This document shows, in pieces, positions 24,630-38,501 of a stretch of 64,000 bases of DNA (position 1 is its first letter; every line of letters begins with the position of its first letter). Below the pieces are notes generated by a model. It saw nothing but the letters and a program-made list of their open reading frames with translations, was not told the origin of the DNA and ran no database searches. A program made the translations under genes and the position numbers. This DNA is from Octopus sinensis (taxonomy: Eukaryota), in contig NW_021832128.1 in the NCBI RefSeq assembly GCF_006345805.1, positions 1 to 64,000 on the forward strand. Direction: 5' to 3'.

Positions 24630-27600
24630 GAAGATAACAGTGATGGGATAGGTGGTGTAGTTATACTTCTTGCTGAGAAATGGGTGGATAAGGTCATAGA
24701 GGTAGTCAGAGTGTGCGATAGAATACTTAAGCTCAGGCTAGTCGTACAGAATAGTATAGCTACAATTATATCTGCCTATGCCCCACAAGCAGGCCTACCA
24801 AATGATCTTCTTCTGCAAGCTACCTCAAAAGACAAGTGACAATGATCTCATCTTCATGGCATGGAAGCCACAGAATCAGTTTCTAAAATGAGGAGGGAAC
24901 AAGGCTGTTAGAGCTCTGGGATATGAATGACTTAATGATCTGCAACACCAACTTAAGGAAATCAGCCAGTCACCAGATAACCTATAAACCACGCTAGACA
25001 GATTAACTACATTCTCATCAGGAAGTGAATTTCATGGTTGCTTATATATGCAAAGACTCTCCCTGGTGAAGAATGTACCCACCAGCATAGACTTTAGACT
25101 CAAGGCCAGAAGGATGCCAAGAAGCAGACCAATCTGGAAAAGAAGGATTTGGCAGCTTAAGGACCCTTCATATGACCAGAGATTTAGGGAATCCTAATTG
25201 AGAAATTTGATGAGAGGGAGGAGGAGCTACAGACTTCGGACATAAAGGGTAACTGGAAATTCCTATGGGACAGCTTACTGAGTGCCACAAACCAAATCTG
25301 TGGCTGGTGCAAAGTCCCTTCCAGACCTAGGGTAATGTGGTGGTGAAACAATACTGTAGACAGGGCCATTAGAGCAAAGAAACAGGCTTGGAAGGCCTGG
25401 AAGAGTGGGGGCGGCAGGGAACTGTATAAGATAGCCAGAATGGAAGCTAGGAGACAGGTATATCTAGCCAAAGGAGAAGTAGAAAAGAAGTTTGCCTATG
25501 TTCAGCATTGTGACAACCAAAGAATTGAAGTATTTCAGATTGCAAGACAGCATGTGAGAGAAAATTGTGATGTCGTAGGAGAGAAATGTGTCCACATCAA
25601 GATGGTGCACTTGCAGTGGGGGGAAATAAATATTTGTACATGTCAAAATTCTTTATTTATTTAATTTCTAATGAACATAAATGGAATATACCAATACTAT
25701 ATTTGCATACTCATGTATAAACTAAGAATATGCAAAAGAAACTAATAAATTATAGTAACTAATGAATTTATATACAATTATAAATATTTAGGTGTGAAAA
25801 AGTATTCGTATAGAATAAATTTATGATTTTCTATGCCACAAAATACTGTTAAAATAATATTTTTCCTGGAACTTTCTCGGTTGTTCCAATAATCTTATTA
25901 GTTGTCATTTTTAAGTGTCAAAATGCTAGTTTCCTTATTCAGCACTGAGACAACATGAAGTAGTGGTGAAAAGTAAAGAACTCACAAATTCAGTGAAAAA
26001 CTTAATTATTGAACAGTGGAAAGCAGGTAAAAGTTACAGGAAAATAATCAGAGACCCTTTGTATTCCATTTTCTAACATATCATCATTTATTCAAAGATA
26101 TAAAAAATCGGGAACTGTTGAAAACAGAATAAGATCCAGTGCACCATGCAAGATTTCCCCTAGATCTTTAAGAAAATTGAAGTGAAGAATTGAAAAAAAT
26201 GCAATGATCATCAGCAAGGAGTTGCAAGAAGATTTGTTAGCTTCAGGGACTAGTGTCATACTATGAACAATCAGCAATGAACTTCATAGGAATGAACTGA
26301 AGTCACACTCTCCTAGAAAAACTCCACTAAAAGGCATAGAGATGCCCGTTTAAAATTTGTTTATGAACATAAAAATAAATCTGATACATTCTGGGAAAAT
26401 GTTCTATGGACAGACGAGTCGAAAATTGAATTGTTTGGACGAAATTCGCGTAGCCATGTTTGGAGGAAAGATGGTACTGCCTATTTGCCGAAAAACACAA
26501 TTCCTACTGTAAAATTTGGAGATGGCAACAGCATGGTGTGGGGGTGTTTCTCTCAAATGGTACTGGCAATTTACATGTGATAGATGGTAGAATGAATGCA
26601 GAGATGTACCAAAATATTTTGAACAATAATTTATGGGACTGTAGAAAAGCTCCAGCTTTGTGAAGGGTGGGTTTTACAATGACCCTAAGCACACAGCGAA
26701 GTCTACCAAAAAATGGATTGTCGATTACAATTTAAAATTATTAGAATGGCCAAGCCAGTCACCTGACTTGAACCCCATTGAAAATTTGTGGCCTTATTTG
26801 AAAATTAAAATTCATTCAAGAGCCCCAATGTGCATTGCAGATTTGAAGAAAATTTGTCAAGAAGAATGGGAAAAAATTCAAACATGCGAGTCATTGATTA
26901 AGAACTACAAGAAGAGATTGGTTGAAGTGTAACTAAATAATGGTTATGCTACGAAGTATTAAATCAGAATTATCAGTTATTTATGTTCTGTACAAATACT
27001 TTTTTCACCCCTAAATATTTATAATTGTATATAAATTCATTAGTTACTATAATTTATTAGTTTCTTTTGCATATTCTTAGTTTATGCATGTGTATGCAAA
27101 TATAGTATTGGTATATCCCATTTATGTTCATTAGAAATTAAATAAATAAAGAACTTTGACATGTACGAATATTTATCCCCCCCCCCCCACTGTACCTAGC
27201 CAAATATAAATCTCTGTACTTGGCTTTTGTTGACTTGGAGAAAGTTTTTGGCAGAGTATCCCAATCCCTTATCTGGTGGTGAATGCAGAAACAAGGGATA
27301 GACGAGTGGTTGATGAGAGCCGTACAATCCTTATACAGGGATGCTACAAGTAAGGTGAGGGTTGCCAAAGAATACAGCAAAGAATTCAGGGTACAAGTAG
27401 GAGCTCACCAAGGAACAGTCCTTAGCCCTCTCTTGTTCATCATAGTCCTCCAAGCAATTACAGAGGAATTCAAAAACACCCTGCCCCTGGGAGTTCTTCT
27501 ATGTTGATGATCTTGCTCTTATAGCTGAATCACTACCTGAATTAGAGAAGTTCCAGGTATGAAAGCAAGATCTAAAATCAAAGGACCTTAGATTTAACTA

Positions 27601-28895
27601 GCAAAAACCAAAGTTATAGTCAGTAAGAAGGCAGACAAATCACAAATTCTTTCAAGTAGATGCCCCTGCTGAAGAAAAGTGTAGATAGAAACTCCATAAG
27701 ATGCACCCAGTGTAAGCTTTGGACACATAAAAGGTACAACAACATCAGAAGAAGAGTAACAGGGAAACTAGCTTTCGTATGTGGAAGGTGCACAGGTACA
27801 ATAAACACAGAAAATGCACAGAAAATAGATTCCATCAACTGCGATGGGGCAAGCTAGGTGACCAAGTTAGTAGTTGAGGTGGAAGCTCTGAGAGCATACC
27901 TGTGAGAGTACGACTAGGCTGGGCAAAGTTCAGAGAGTTCCTACCCCTGCTGGCAACAAAGGGCCTCTCTCTCAGAGTGAACAGCAGATTGTTTGATGAC
28001 TGTATGCAAACAGCTATGCTGAATGGCAGTGAAACATGGTCTATGACAGCTGAGGACATGAGTAGGCTTGAAAGAAATGAAGCTAATATGCTTCACTGGA
28101 TGTGCAATATCAGTGTACATGTTTGACAGAGTATCCCAATCCCTTACCTGGTGGTCAGTGAAAAGTTAGGCATAAGAGGAATTAGATGTGGTGTGCAAGA
28201 AAAACGACTGTGCTTGTATGGTCATGTAATGCGCATGAATGAGGACAGCAGTGTAAAGAAATTCTGATCTCTAACTGTGGTGGAAACCTGTGATAGATGT
28301 AGACCCAGGAAGACATGGGACGAAGTGGTGAAGCATGATCTTTGAACCTTGAGCCTCACAGAGGCAATGACTGGTGACCGAGACATTTGGTAATGTGCTG
28401 TGCTTGAGAGGACCCATCAAGCCAAGTGCACCTGTACTGGTGGCATATGAAGAACATCTTTTGAAAATTGGGTCTCACAGAGGCAAAGTGGCTGAGTTCC
28501 TTTCAAGCATTGGGCCTCATGGAGGCAAAGTGGCTAAGTTCCTTTTTTGAGGTTTGGGCCCCATAGGAGGCAATGACCAAGACCTTTGGCATTATGTCAT
28601 GCTTGAGAAGAAGACCCATCAAGCCAAGTAAAATCGCAGTCATGGCAGATACCAGTGTCACACAAATTAGCACCAATGCTGGTGGCATGTAGACGCACCC
28701 TGGTGTTACATGAATGGCACCCGTGCCAGAGGCACATAGAAGCACCCATTACACTCTCAGAGTGGTTGGCATTAGGAAGGGCATCTAGCCATAGAAAACC
28801 ATGCCAAATCAGACTGGAGTCTGGTGTAGCCTTCCATTATGCTAGCCCAGTCAAACCATCCAATGGAGGTTAAATGATGCTGATGATGATGACGA
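24630..28895 (+). mobile_element. RTE LINE (endonuclease, RT, 3' UTR) interrupted by a Tc1 element
   Basis: GIGGV.ILLAEKWVDKV...IISAYAPQAG; resumes at 27195 with LAKYKSLYLAFVDLEK; (GAT)n tail about 28875-28895. Confidence 0.9.
25614..27192 (+). mobile_element. Full-length (1579 bp) Tc1-like DD34E transposon with about 200-bp IR-DR type TIRs; transposase disrupted
   Basis: TIRs 25614-25812 and 26989-27192 (cagtggggggaaataaatatttgtaca / tgtacgaatatttatcccc..cactg) with an inner direct repeat; [31 protein letters not shown]; TA only at the right end. Confidence 0.95.
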
Positions 28896-30224
28896 CACAC
28901 ACACATGTACATGCACACACACAAATGATGGATAGACTTAGAGATGGATGGATGGATGAATGGACAGAGAGACAGATGGATGAACGGATGGATGAAAGGA
29001 CCAATCAATCAATCAATACACATATGTAGGTATGCATATGGTTTTCTATTCATATGTATATCAACAACTTCAGAAATCTAAATTAATAACTGCTAAGCTC
29101 TAACTAAAACTTTGTTAAATTGTAACTTGCTTCCACTTATACTTTTTAATTAAAAATTTGACGAGAGCTGTATCATGATTCACTGACACAAATAGCACAT
29201 TTGATTATATTTCTATTTTTCTCCCCAAGGAATGAATATGATATGTCTGTTCAAATTCAGGCAACTAGAAAAGATGATAAAAATTCATTCAATATTACAG
29301 AAATGCTATTTCAAATATTTCATTTAACAGAATATTCTAAATTGTATCATGTTTATGATTAGAGCTTTCTTTTATTTCTCTTTTTATCTTTCATTTGTTT
29401 GATTCTTTCTTTTTAAAGAAGAAAGAAGAAAAATCTGTTTTCTCAAAGATATTCAACAGCTATAACAAAGCTTAGTGGTTGTGTGTTACAAAATATAAAA
29501 AAGGATACTAAATATGATAAATACTCTACTTGACAAGTATATAATAGTGTTGAAAAGAAAAGCAAACAAAGTATCTTTAAACCATACATCTGCAACTGAA
29601 CTTTCCATATTGTTTGTACTTTGCTTACTTTTAACATTTTATCTGTCTAGATTAACTAAAATTCCCAACCAAGCCTTCAAATTAATAAGACATTTATTTT
29701 CCTCTTCTTATTTAAGTTTTTGTTTTTTATTTCAAGAGCTTTCTCGTGTGTATTAAGTACAGCAGTACAAGTTGTCAATAGCAGACATTTTTAAACTGCA
29801 TGACAGAAAGAGGTCATCTAATCATTAAAATTTTTTTTGTTATGTTTTCAAGGATTCAACCTCCAATATTTTCAATTGAAACTTTAATTATTTTTAAAAT
29901 ATGGCTGTAGTCCTGCAAAACAGATTTATCAAAGGCTCAAACTAGAATTCTTTAACCATGTATTCTTCAAATTTGAGATTGAAGTGAAAAATATAAAAAT
30001 TGAAATAATTCTGTAACTTCAAAAACAGTTTCAACTAATTATAGATGAATAACATAAAACCAAACTCTAGCTATTTTTCATCTTGTAATATATTATTTTT
30101 TTCCCATTTGTTGGCTACATAGGAAAATGTTCATACAAAATATAAATTGTTGGATATCTATTCAGCTTTGATAAAATTATTACCACTCTATACCTAATAT
30201 TGAGTACTTTTTATTGTACATATA

Positions 30225-31390
30225 TATTTGTTTGGCCAAAATGTTTCTTTGGTTTTTCCCTTTGTGCATACAATACCCCTTAGATACATGACACCATTCA
30301 TTTTTTTCTCTAGTACATGCATACTTGTTGGATAGCTAACACAGTTCAATGCAAACTTGCAATGGGACAGGTTGTATTTTATATACTTGATATCACTCTG
30401 AAAATGGAGAACCAAAACAAACATTATTGACACATACTTTTTTAAATTTTAAATAAAGCAAAAAAAGCAGTAGGAATCAGCAGGAAGATGTGTGCTGTAT
30501 ATGGAAAGGATGCTGTTATTGAACACATGCTTCAAAAGCAGTTTTTAAGATTTCAATCAAGAAATTTTTCTCTTCAAAATGCACGTCACTCTGGCCAGCC
30601 AACAGAGACAAAGTGAAGGAGTTAATCAAGACCAAACTCTGTTATACAACCAGGATGATTGCAAATATTCTCCAAATACCCAAATCAAGTGTTGAAAACT
30701 AGTTGCATCAATTTGATTATGTCAGCAGGTTCAAGGTTTGTGTCCCACAGCAACTGAATGAGGAGAATATAACCAAATGAATCTCCATCCTTGATTCATT
30801 GCAAATGTGTGAAGAATCTCTTTTTTGAAGAGAATGGTGACAGGATGAAACATGGATTGTCTCTAACAATGTGGAGTGCAAACAATCATGTTTGGGAGGT
30901 GAGGCAAATCACAGCAAACAACCTCCAAAACAGAACTTTGCTCAAGGAAGGTTATGTTTTCAATTTGATGGGATTGGAAGAGTGGTGTCTTTTATGGGGT
31001 TCTTTTCATGAACAAGACCATCAATTTGAATGTATACAGTGACCAGCTGGACAAATTAAACGCTGCAATCCATCTAAGGGTATTGTCTTTAGTCACAACA
31101 ATACCAGACCGCATACTTCTTTGCAGATGTAGTAGACTTTACTAGGTCTAGAAGGAGAAGTTTTGTCTCACCCAACTGAGTACCTTCACAGTTTCATCTG
31201 CTTTGATATCTTCAAACTATATTGAATGAACAGAGCTTTAACTCTGGATAGGATGTAAAACTTTACCTAGAAGATTTCTTCACCAGTAAAAACAGGAAAT
31301 TTTTTGAGCAGGGAATAATGGATCTGCTCGCATGATGGCAGAATATACTGAAAGTAAGTGGTAATTATATCATTAATAAAATAAATTGCT
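30225..31390 (+). mobile_element. mariner (DD34D, HsMar/cecropia-like) decayed copy
   Basis: TIR-like tatttgtttggccaaaatgtttc; MENQNKH...CAVYGKDAV; HNNTRPHTSLQ...VLSHP...WQNILKVSGNYI. Confidence 0.75.
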
Positions 31391-31409
31391 TGAGGTTTAA
31401 AACTTCTGA

Positions 31410-34400
31410 GGGTGAACCGGAAGAAGAGGGTTATATTGGCAAAGGTCAAGGGACTGACCGGAAGAGGAAGCGTTAGAAGGGAAGTGTTGGGGGAACAGGA
31501 CAGGGTCGTCCACTTTTGGCCGGCCAAGGCATCACAAACATACGTGAGGGAATTCGCTCTCAGGTTGGTGAGATAGCAGCTGCTTATACTGGGTGACAGG
31601 GTAGGGCAGGATCACCAAAGTGACTACTACTAGATAGGTACAGATGAGAGAAGGTAGGTAAACCTCTTTTCATTTCCTATGCATGACAAGCTATTTCGGC
31701 AATTGCATACAGACATCGTTGTCCCCTTGATCTATGATGGCAACAAAGATAAGGATCGGCAGTGATGGCAAAGGCTGGATTCAAAACGTCAAAGTTGTGG
31801 CCAGGCTACAAGGCATCAAAGATGTAGTGAGCCTCATGGCCTTGTATTTGGAGAGGAGTGCACTGGCACTGTACCTTGAAATGGACGAAGAAGAACAGCT
31901 GAGTGCAGCAAAGATCAAGCAGCGCATGAGAGAGGCTTACACACTAATGGAGAGTACATCACTTTTGCTACGCTGGGAATGATTAGATGGAGAGGGGAAC
32001 AGGTCAACAAATACGCTGCAGAGATATGAAGGCTGGTTGTGTCATCTGGTCTTTTGTGAATGGCTTTCCCAACGACATGTCGGTGTGACTACAACAGTTG
32101 CCAGGCAGCAACAAAATGGTAATGAGTGAGCTCATCGTTCAAGCCTACATGTTGACACAAGACACTGGAGAGAAGGCTGTGGTGATGGCGGCTGCAGAAG
32201 CCTGTGAATCTGCATGACGGCTGGAGAAGGACAAAAAGAGGCCTGCTGTGGAATAACAGTGGTAGTTCACAGGCCAGTGTTTTAAGTGCCAAGGACCACA
32301 CATGGCAAGGAACTGCAAAGAGCCTGGACAGGTTTACTACCAGTGCAAACAAACTGGGCATATATCGTCCGAAATTGTAACCAGGGAAAAAGCCACAGAG
32401 AAGTTGTTTCCCAAACTTCTCCTGCGAATGAGCAGAGGCATTGGTGAAGTCACTGCCCATAGTTGAAGTCGTTGGTCAGGGGAAACACATTCAAAGCTCT
32501 CATGGACATGGGCTGCACGAAAACTCTCATGACCCTGAGGGTGACAAAGAAATGGAAAAGTATGAGTAGCATTCAGGCAGTCGATGGCAGCAAAATCAAA
32601 TGCAAAGGTAGCAGCGATGTGGATATAGTGGTGCAAGGCACAACGCTAAGGCTCTGGGTGATCGTGATCAATGTGGTAATGGATATGGATGCAATCGACC
32701 GCTTTGGAGGTGTCAGTGTTGGGGGAGACATGGTTTCGTTTGGTACCATGGAGGCGTCGTGTGCTGTGAGTCAGGAATGTGAGCAGTCACTGCCTACGCC
32801 ATTGAAGATAAGGATTTTTGGGCAGTGTTCAGAAGAGGTAGAGAAGTGGATTAAGGAAAGTGTCCCATGGAAAGAGGAGGTGATGAGTGGAGTACCACCT
32901 CTAATGACAGTGGTGCAGTCAACAAAGGGTAAAGTTAGACCAGTGCTGGACTTTCGGGACATGAATGGCCATGTATCATGCCACACAGGTGGTGAAGCAT
33001 CTGATGTCTGCGATGAGACGCTGCATGTATGGGGGCAGTCAACTAAGGTGGCAATGATTGTTGACTTGAAGTCAGCATGTTTGCAGCTCCAAGTGAGCAA
33101 CAAACTGTGGCAGTACCGACTGGTGTGATACAAGGGCTGGACATATTGTCTGACAAGGCTGAGTTTTGGACTGAATTCTGTGTCAAAGATCATAGCAAAA
33201 GTGCTCAAATCCATCCTGGAAAGGTGGATAGGATAAGAAGGGCCACCTGTTCCTACATATATGACATCCTAGTGGACGAGACTGTAGTGACTGCCACAGA
33301 GGTTGTGAGACATTTGAAGAAATTTGGGTTGATTGTGAAGCCACTGGAGCCAATGGTTGGAGGAGCTGCACAGGCAAGGAGACAGAACAGGTGAGTTAGT
33401 GTTTCATAGGGGGAACATGATCTCAGAGCAGGAGAAAACTGTTCTCAATGTGCGGGAAGTTAGTAGGTCACTACACAATCGCGGGGTGGCTGCATACGGC
33501 ATGCAGTTACACCAGGAGATGAGCAGAAGGGGAGAACTGGAGTGACAAGGTGGCGATGATGTGAGAAATCCTGGAGAGAACAAGAGCAGAAGACCTAGTC
33601 AGGGGGAATTGGCACATGCCCAAATTGGATAGTGGGACCATATGGTGTGATGCTAGCAATATTGCGATAGTCGTCGTGTTGGAAATTGGAGGTACCGAAC
33701 TGGAGGATGCGGCCTGGCTTTGAAAAGCAGACAACTACAACCACATCAATGTCACTGAGTTGGATGCAATGCCGAAAGGAGTGAATCTGGCCCTGAAATG
33801 GGGGTTGTGCTCCAATAAAATCAGGACAGATTCAGCTACAGTGCTTGGCTGTGTAGGATTGGTGAACGCCGATGAGAAGAGGGTGAAAACTAAAGAAATG
33901 CTAGTGAAGTGCTGCCTAGGGATTCTAGGGGAGATGATTGGCGAGTTCAGCCTGAAGCTGAATGTAGTCTTTGTGCCTTCAGAGAGAAACAAAGCAGATG
34001 CTTTAAGCAGGGTAAAAAAGGCCTGCTTAGGGGAGCCGGAAGAATCAAAGCAAGGAGTAGCTGCAGTGTGTCAGTTAAATGACTCCAAGCTAAGGAGACT
34101 GCATGCCATGCATCATATGGGCATGGATAGGACCCTGTATCTCGCCAGGAGGATTGATGCCGACATTACCAGATGGTACATCCAGAAGGTGATCAGGAAC
34201 TGCGACAGGTGTCAATCCATCAACCCTGCTCTGGGTGTGCATGAGCAGGAAAACGTTTCAGTAGAGTACAACTGGAGATGATTAGCAGTGGATGTAACAC
34301 ACTACAGGCAGGGGACGTATCTCTCGATGGTCAATTATGGGCCAGGCCGGATAACCATTTGGAGGGAAATGAGGACAGGCACTGCAGATGAGATGGTACA

Positions 34401-34700
34401 TATTCTAAGTGAGGTATTCTTAGAGTGGGGCCCTGTGGATGAATTGCTGTTGGACAATAGAACAGCATTTCATTTGGAGGCACTGAAGGAGATGCTTGAC
34501 AGGTGGAAAGTGCAACACTTTTTCAGAGTGACATACAGGCTGAATGGAAATGAGATTGGGAAGAGACATCATCGAATGATCAAGGCCATGGTGGAGAGGG
34601 GACATGTCTTGCCGCCGGAAGCAGTGTTCTGGTACAACATGTTGCCTAGATCAGAACAGGCTGAAGAGTCCATGCCACATAGAGCAATATTCAAATATGC
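31410..34700 (+). mobile_element. Ty3/Gypsy internal region (gag, protease, RT, RNase H, integrase), pseudogene; 3' LTR missing
   Basis: gag VARLQGIKDVVSLMALYLE; two CCHC-like knuckles; ALMDMGC; RPVLDFRDMN, DLKSA, YIYDILV; WCDASN; HHMG...CDRCQS; LLLDNRTAF. Confidence 0.9.
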
Positions 34701-35399
34701 CAGCTTATTAGATGTATAGTAAATGATATACTAATATTACAATAATCTTGGACAGTTATAATTGTCTCTCTGATATTCTTTGTATAACATGCAGTTACAT
34801 AATAATCCAGAAATCACAATACACAGATATTGTTTTGAGATGAGTGGAGGTGCTAAATGCCCTTGTTTGAAAATATAAGGACACAGATTGTGTCGTATAG
34901 CCAGCTGGAGATAATATTTCCTGAGGCTAAATTACAGCAACATTCATCCTAAACCAGCACTGAAATGTTATGTTGGCAAATAATCTTTACTCTAGTTACA
35001 TACTGTTATATACAATTTTGAAAAATTTATAATAACAACAAATTCAAATATAATCCAATTCTTCACCATATCTACACCATCTGAAGCATATTTGTAGAAA
35101 AGTTCATTAAAATATATCCATGTTTCTGAAAGTTATGAGGAAAGAAATCCGTAGGGGCATATATGTGTAGGGGCATATCTATGCTTCAGCTAACTCTGGC
35201 TGATTACTGTGTATCATTGCACATGCATTACAAGAAGTCTGTAATAAGCATGAATTATTTTAAATAATAGTAAATATATACACACACGTGCAAAAGACAA
35301 AGAATAGAGTTTGAAATTATTTCCTTATAGTATCCTAACACTTGTTTCTATGACAATTATGTGGTAATCAATTTCTAATTGTCACTGAAACACATGTAA

Positions 35400-38225
35400 G
35401 GATGCTATATTGAAATGCTCGAACAGAAGCATGTAGATTTGTGTTGCATCTAAGAGATAAGGTGGAGAGGAGGTACTGCTAGGTTCCTCACAGGCAATGA
35501 ACATAGTTATAAGATCTTTTGGGTAGCAAACAGTGATAGGGTTGGGGACATGGGTATACACCTTGCTGAGAAATGGATTGATAAGATAACCGAGGTAGTC
35601 AGAGTCTGTGATAGAATACTTAAGCTTAGACTAGTGCTGCAGTATGGGATAACAACTATTATCTTGGCCTATACCCCTCAGTCAGGTCTACCTGATGAAC
35701 AGAAAGACTGATTTTATGACACCCTCTCGCAGACAACCTCGTTGACGAGTGACAGGGACCTTCTCTTTATGGCGGTGACTTCAATGGGCATGCTGGACAA
35801 CATATGGGCAACTTCTATGGTGTACATGGTGGCATCGGATTTGGTACCCATAATGAGGAGGGAACCAGGCTGCTTGAGTTCTGATGCAAATGATCTGTTA
35901 TACTAACTTCAGGAAACTTGTCAGTCACTTGTTCACCTAACAGTTGGGTGGGCACACTAGTCAGATTGATTACATTCTCGCCATGAAACAGGAGAGATGG
36001 CTACTTATAAATGCCAAGACCTTCCCAGGTGAAGAATGTACCCCACAACATAGGTTAGTTGTTGGCAACCTCAGTATCAGGGTTAAATGGGTGCTCAGAA
36101 GACAACCAGTGTGGAAAGGAAGGGTCTGAAAGTTTAAGGATCTTCTGAATGGACAGAGATTTACAGATGTATTACTTGAAACTTTTGACGAAATAGAGGA
36201 AAGTATAGCTTCACATAACATGGAGGACAACTGGAGGTTCCTATGGGTCAACCTGTTAAGGGCTACTGACCAGACCTGTGACTGGTGCAAAATCCCCTCT
36301 TGACCTAAAGTGACATTGTGGTAAAACAATGTAGTTGACAGGGCCACTAAGGACAAGAAACAGGCCTAGAAGGACTGGAAGTGGGGGGGGGGTAGCAGGG
36401 AATTGTATCAGATAACCAGAAGGGAAGCTAGGAGACAGGTTTACTTAGCCAGAGGGCAAGCAGAAAAGAAAAGATTTGCAAATGTTCTGCATCATGAGAA
36501 CCAGAGACTTGAAGTGTTTCAAATTGCAAGACACTGTGTGAGAGAGAATCATGATATCATAGGAGAGAAATGTGTCTGCATGGATGATGGCTCACTTGTA
36601 TTTAATGGGGCTGCAAAGAAAGAGACTTGGAGATGCCACTATGAGAGGTTGTTAAATGAAGAGAATGAATGGGGGAGAGAGAGTCTGCCAAATGTTGACC
36701 TAACTGAGAGATTAGCTGTTCAAATTGACAGTACTTTAGTAGATAAAGCAACTAAAGATATGAAGACAGGGAAAGACTCTGGCCCATCAGGAATCACCAC
36801 TGAGATGCTTAAAATATCTGGAAGTGTAGGCTATGATCTAGTTACCCATATAGTTAACCAGGAGTCATATCCAATGACAGGTGTGTCAGCAACATAGTCA
36901 ACTGCAACAAAGCTAAAGGTGATGCTTTAGACAGAAATAATTACAGAGGTATCAAAATGTTGGATCAGGTGATTGAAGTTGCAGAGAGGATCATAGCCTA
37001 ACTAATTAGGGAGAGTGTTAGTTTAGATGAGATGCAGTTTGGGTGTGTGCCAGGTAGAAGCATTACTAACGCTATATTTCTGGTAAGACAGCTGCAAGAA
37101 AAATTCCTAGCCAAAGATAAACCTCTGTACTTGGCTTTTGCTTTGACCAGGTCCCACGATACCTTATCTGGTGGTCAATGCAGAAATTAGGGATAGATGA
37201 GTGGTTGGTGAGAGCTGTACAAGCCATGTACAGGGATGCTGTCAGTAAGGTGAGGGTACAAGTACAGCAAAGAATTTAGGTTACAAGAAGGGGTTCAACA
37301 AGGATCAGTCCTCAGCCCCCTCTTATTCATTATAGTCCTCCAGGCAATAACAGAGGGATTCAAGATAGGCTACCCCTGGGAGCTCCTCTATGCTGGAAGC
37401 TCCTCTATGCTGATGACCATACTCTTATAGCTGAATCACTACCAGAACTAGAAAAGTTACAGGTGTAGAAGTAAGGTCTAGAATCAAAGGGCCTTAGAAT
37501 AAAACTAGCAAAAACCAAAGTATTAGTGAGTAGGAAGATGGACAAATAACAAATCCCTTCAGGTAGCAGCCCTATTGAATCTGTAGAAAAGGCAAGGCGA
37601 AGGTAGAAACTCCATAAGATGTACCCAGTGTAAACTATGGACATGTAAGAAGTGCAGCAATATCAGAGGAAGGTTAATGGGGAAGATAGTTTTTGTGTGT
37701 GAAAGGTGCACAGGTACAATAAACACCAAAAATGTACAGAAAATAAATTCCATCATAAGCCAGGGGAAAAGAATAGTAGTCGATAGCTTCTGTTACCTAG
37801 GTAACCAAGTCACTAGCGACGGTGGATGATCCAAGAGCATAGCTGCTAGAATAAGAAGAGGCTGGGCAAAGTTCAGAGAGTTCCTACCTCTGTTGGTAAC
37901 AAAGGGCCTCTCTCTCAGAGTGAAAGGCAGATTGTATGATGCCTGTATGCGAACAGCCATGCTACACAGCATTGAAACATGAGCTGTGACAACTGAGGAC
38001 ATGCGTAGGCTTGTAAGAAATGAAGCCAGTATGTTCTGCTGGATGTGTATTGTCAGTGTGAGAAAAGTTAGACATAAAAAGCATTAGATGTAGTTTGCAA
38101 GAGAGATAATGCACTGGTATGGTCGTGTGATGCATATGGATGAAGACAGCTGTGTGAAGAAGTGTCACTCTCTAACAATGGAGGGAACCTGTGGAAGATG
38201 TAGACCCAGGAAGACATGGGATGAG
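35400..38225 (+). mobile_element. RTE LINE, endonuclease through RT C-terminus, pseudogene
   Basis: Longest copy of the family: EIRWRGG, GDFNGHAG, QIDYIL, QGSVLSPLLF, YADD, GSETW, GRPRKTW. Confidence 0.92.
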
Positions 38226-38444
38226 ACAATTTAAATTTGAACTTACTTAGCATTAATTTCTGTTGCACAATAGTATATTGCCAATACAAATATAAATTTT
38301 AAGAAAGAAAGTAAACAATCTAATTTTACTCCTCATAAAAATTTCCATAATTTACATAGCTATATTTGCTCTTCTATAAAAGCATCCAATTTTCTCATAC
38401 CTTCGTAAAGAACTGAATGCATATCTAGAGTAAACATCACTTTT

Positions 38445-38501
38445 CTCTCTGATGAAGGGGGCATTCTCTGGATGAATGAGCTCCAGAAATGATTGTCGGA
38501 A
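38445..38501 (+). ncRNA. Decayed minimal hammerhead ribozyme motif (Penelope-like type)
   Basis: CTGATGA (38449) - stem II hairpin - GAAA (38486) - TGATTG (CpG-decayed CGATCG palindrome) - TC - GGA. Confidence 0.45.
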
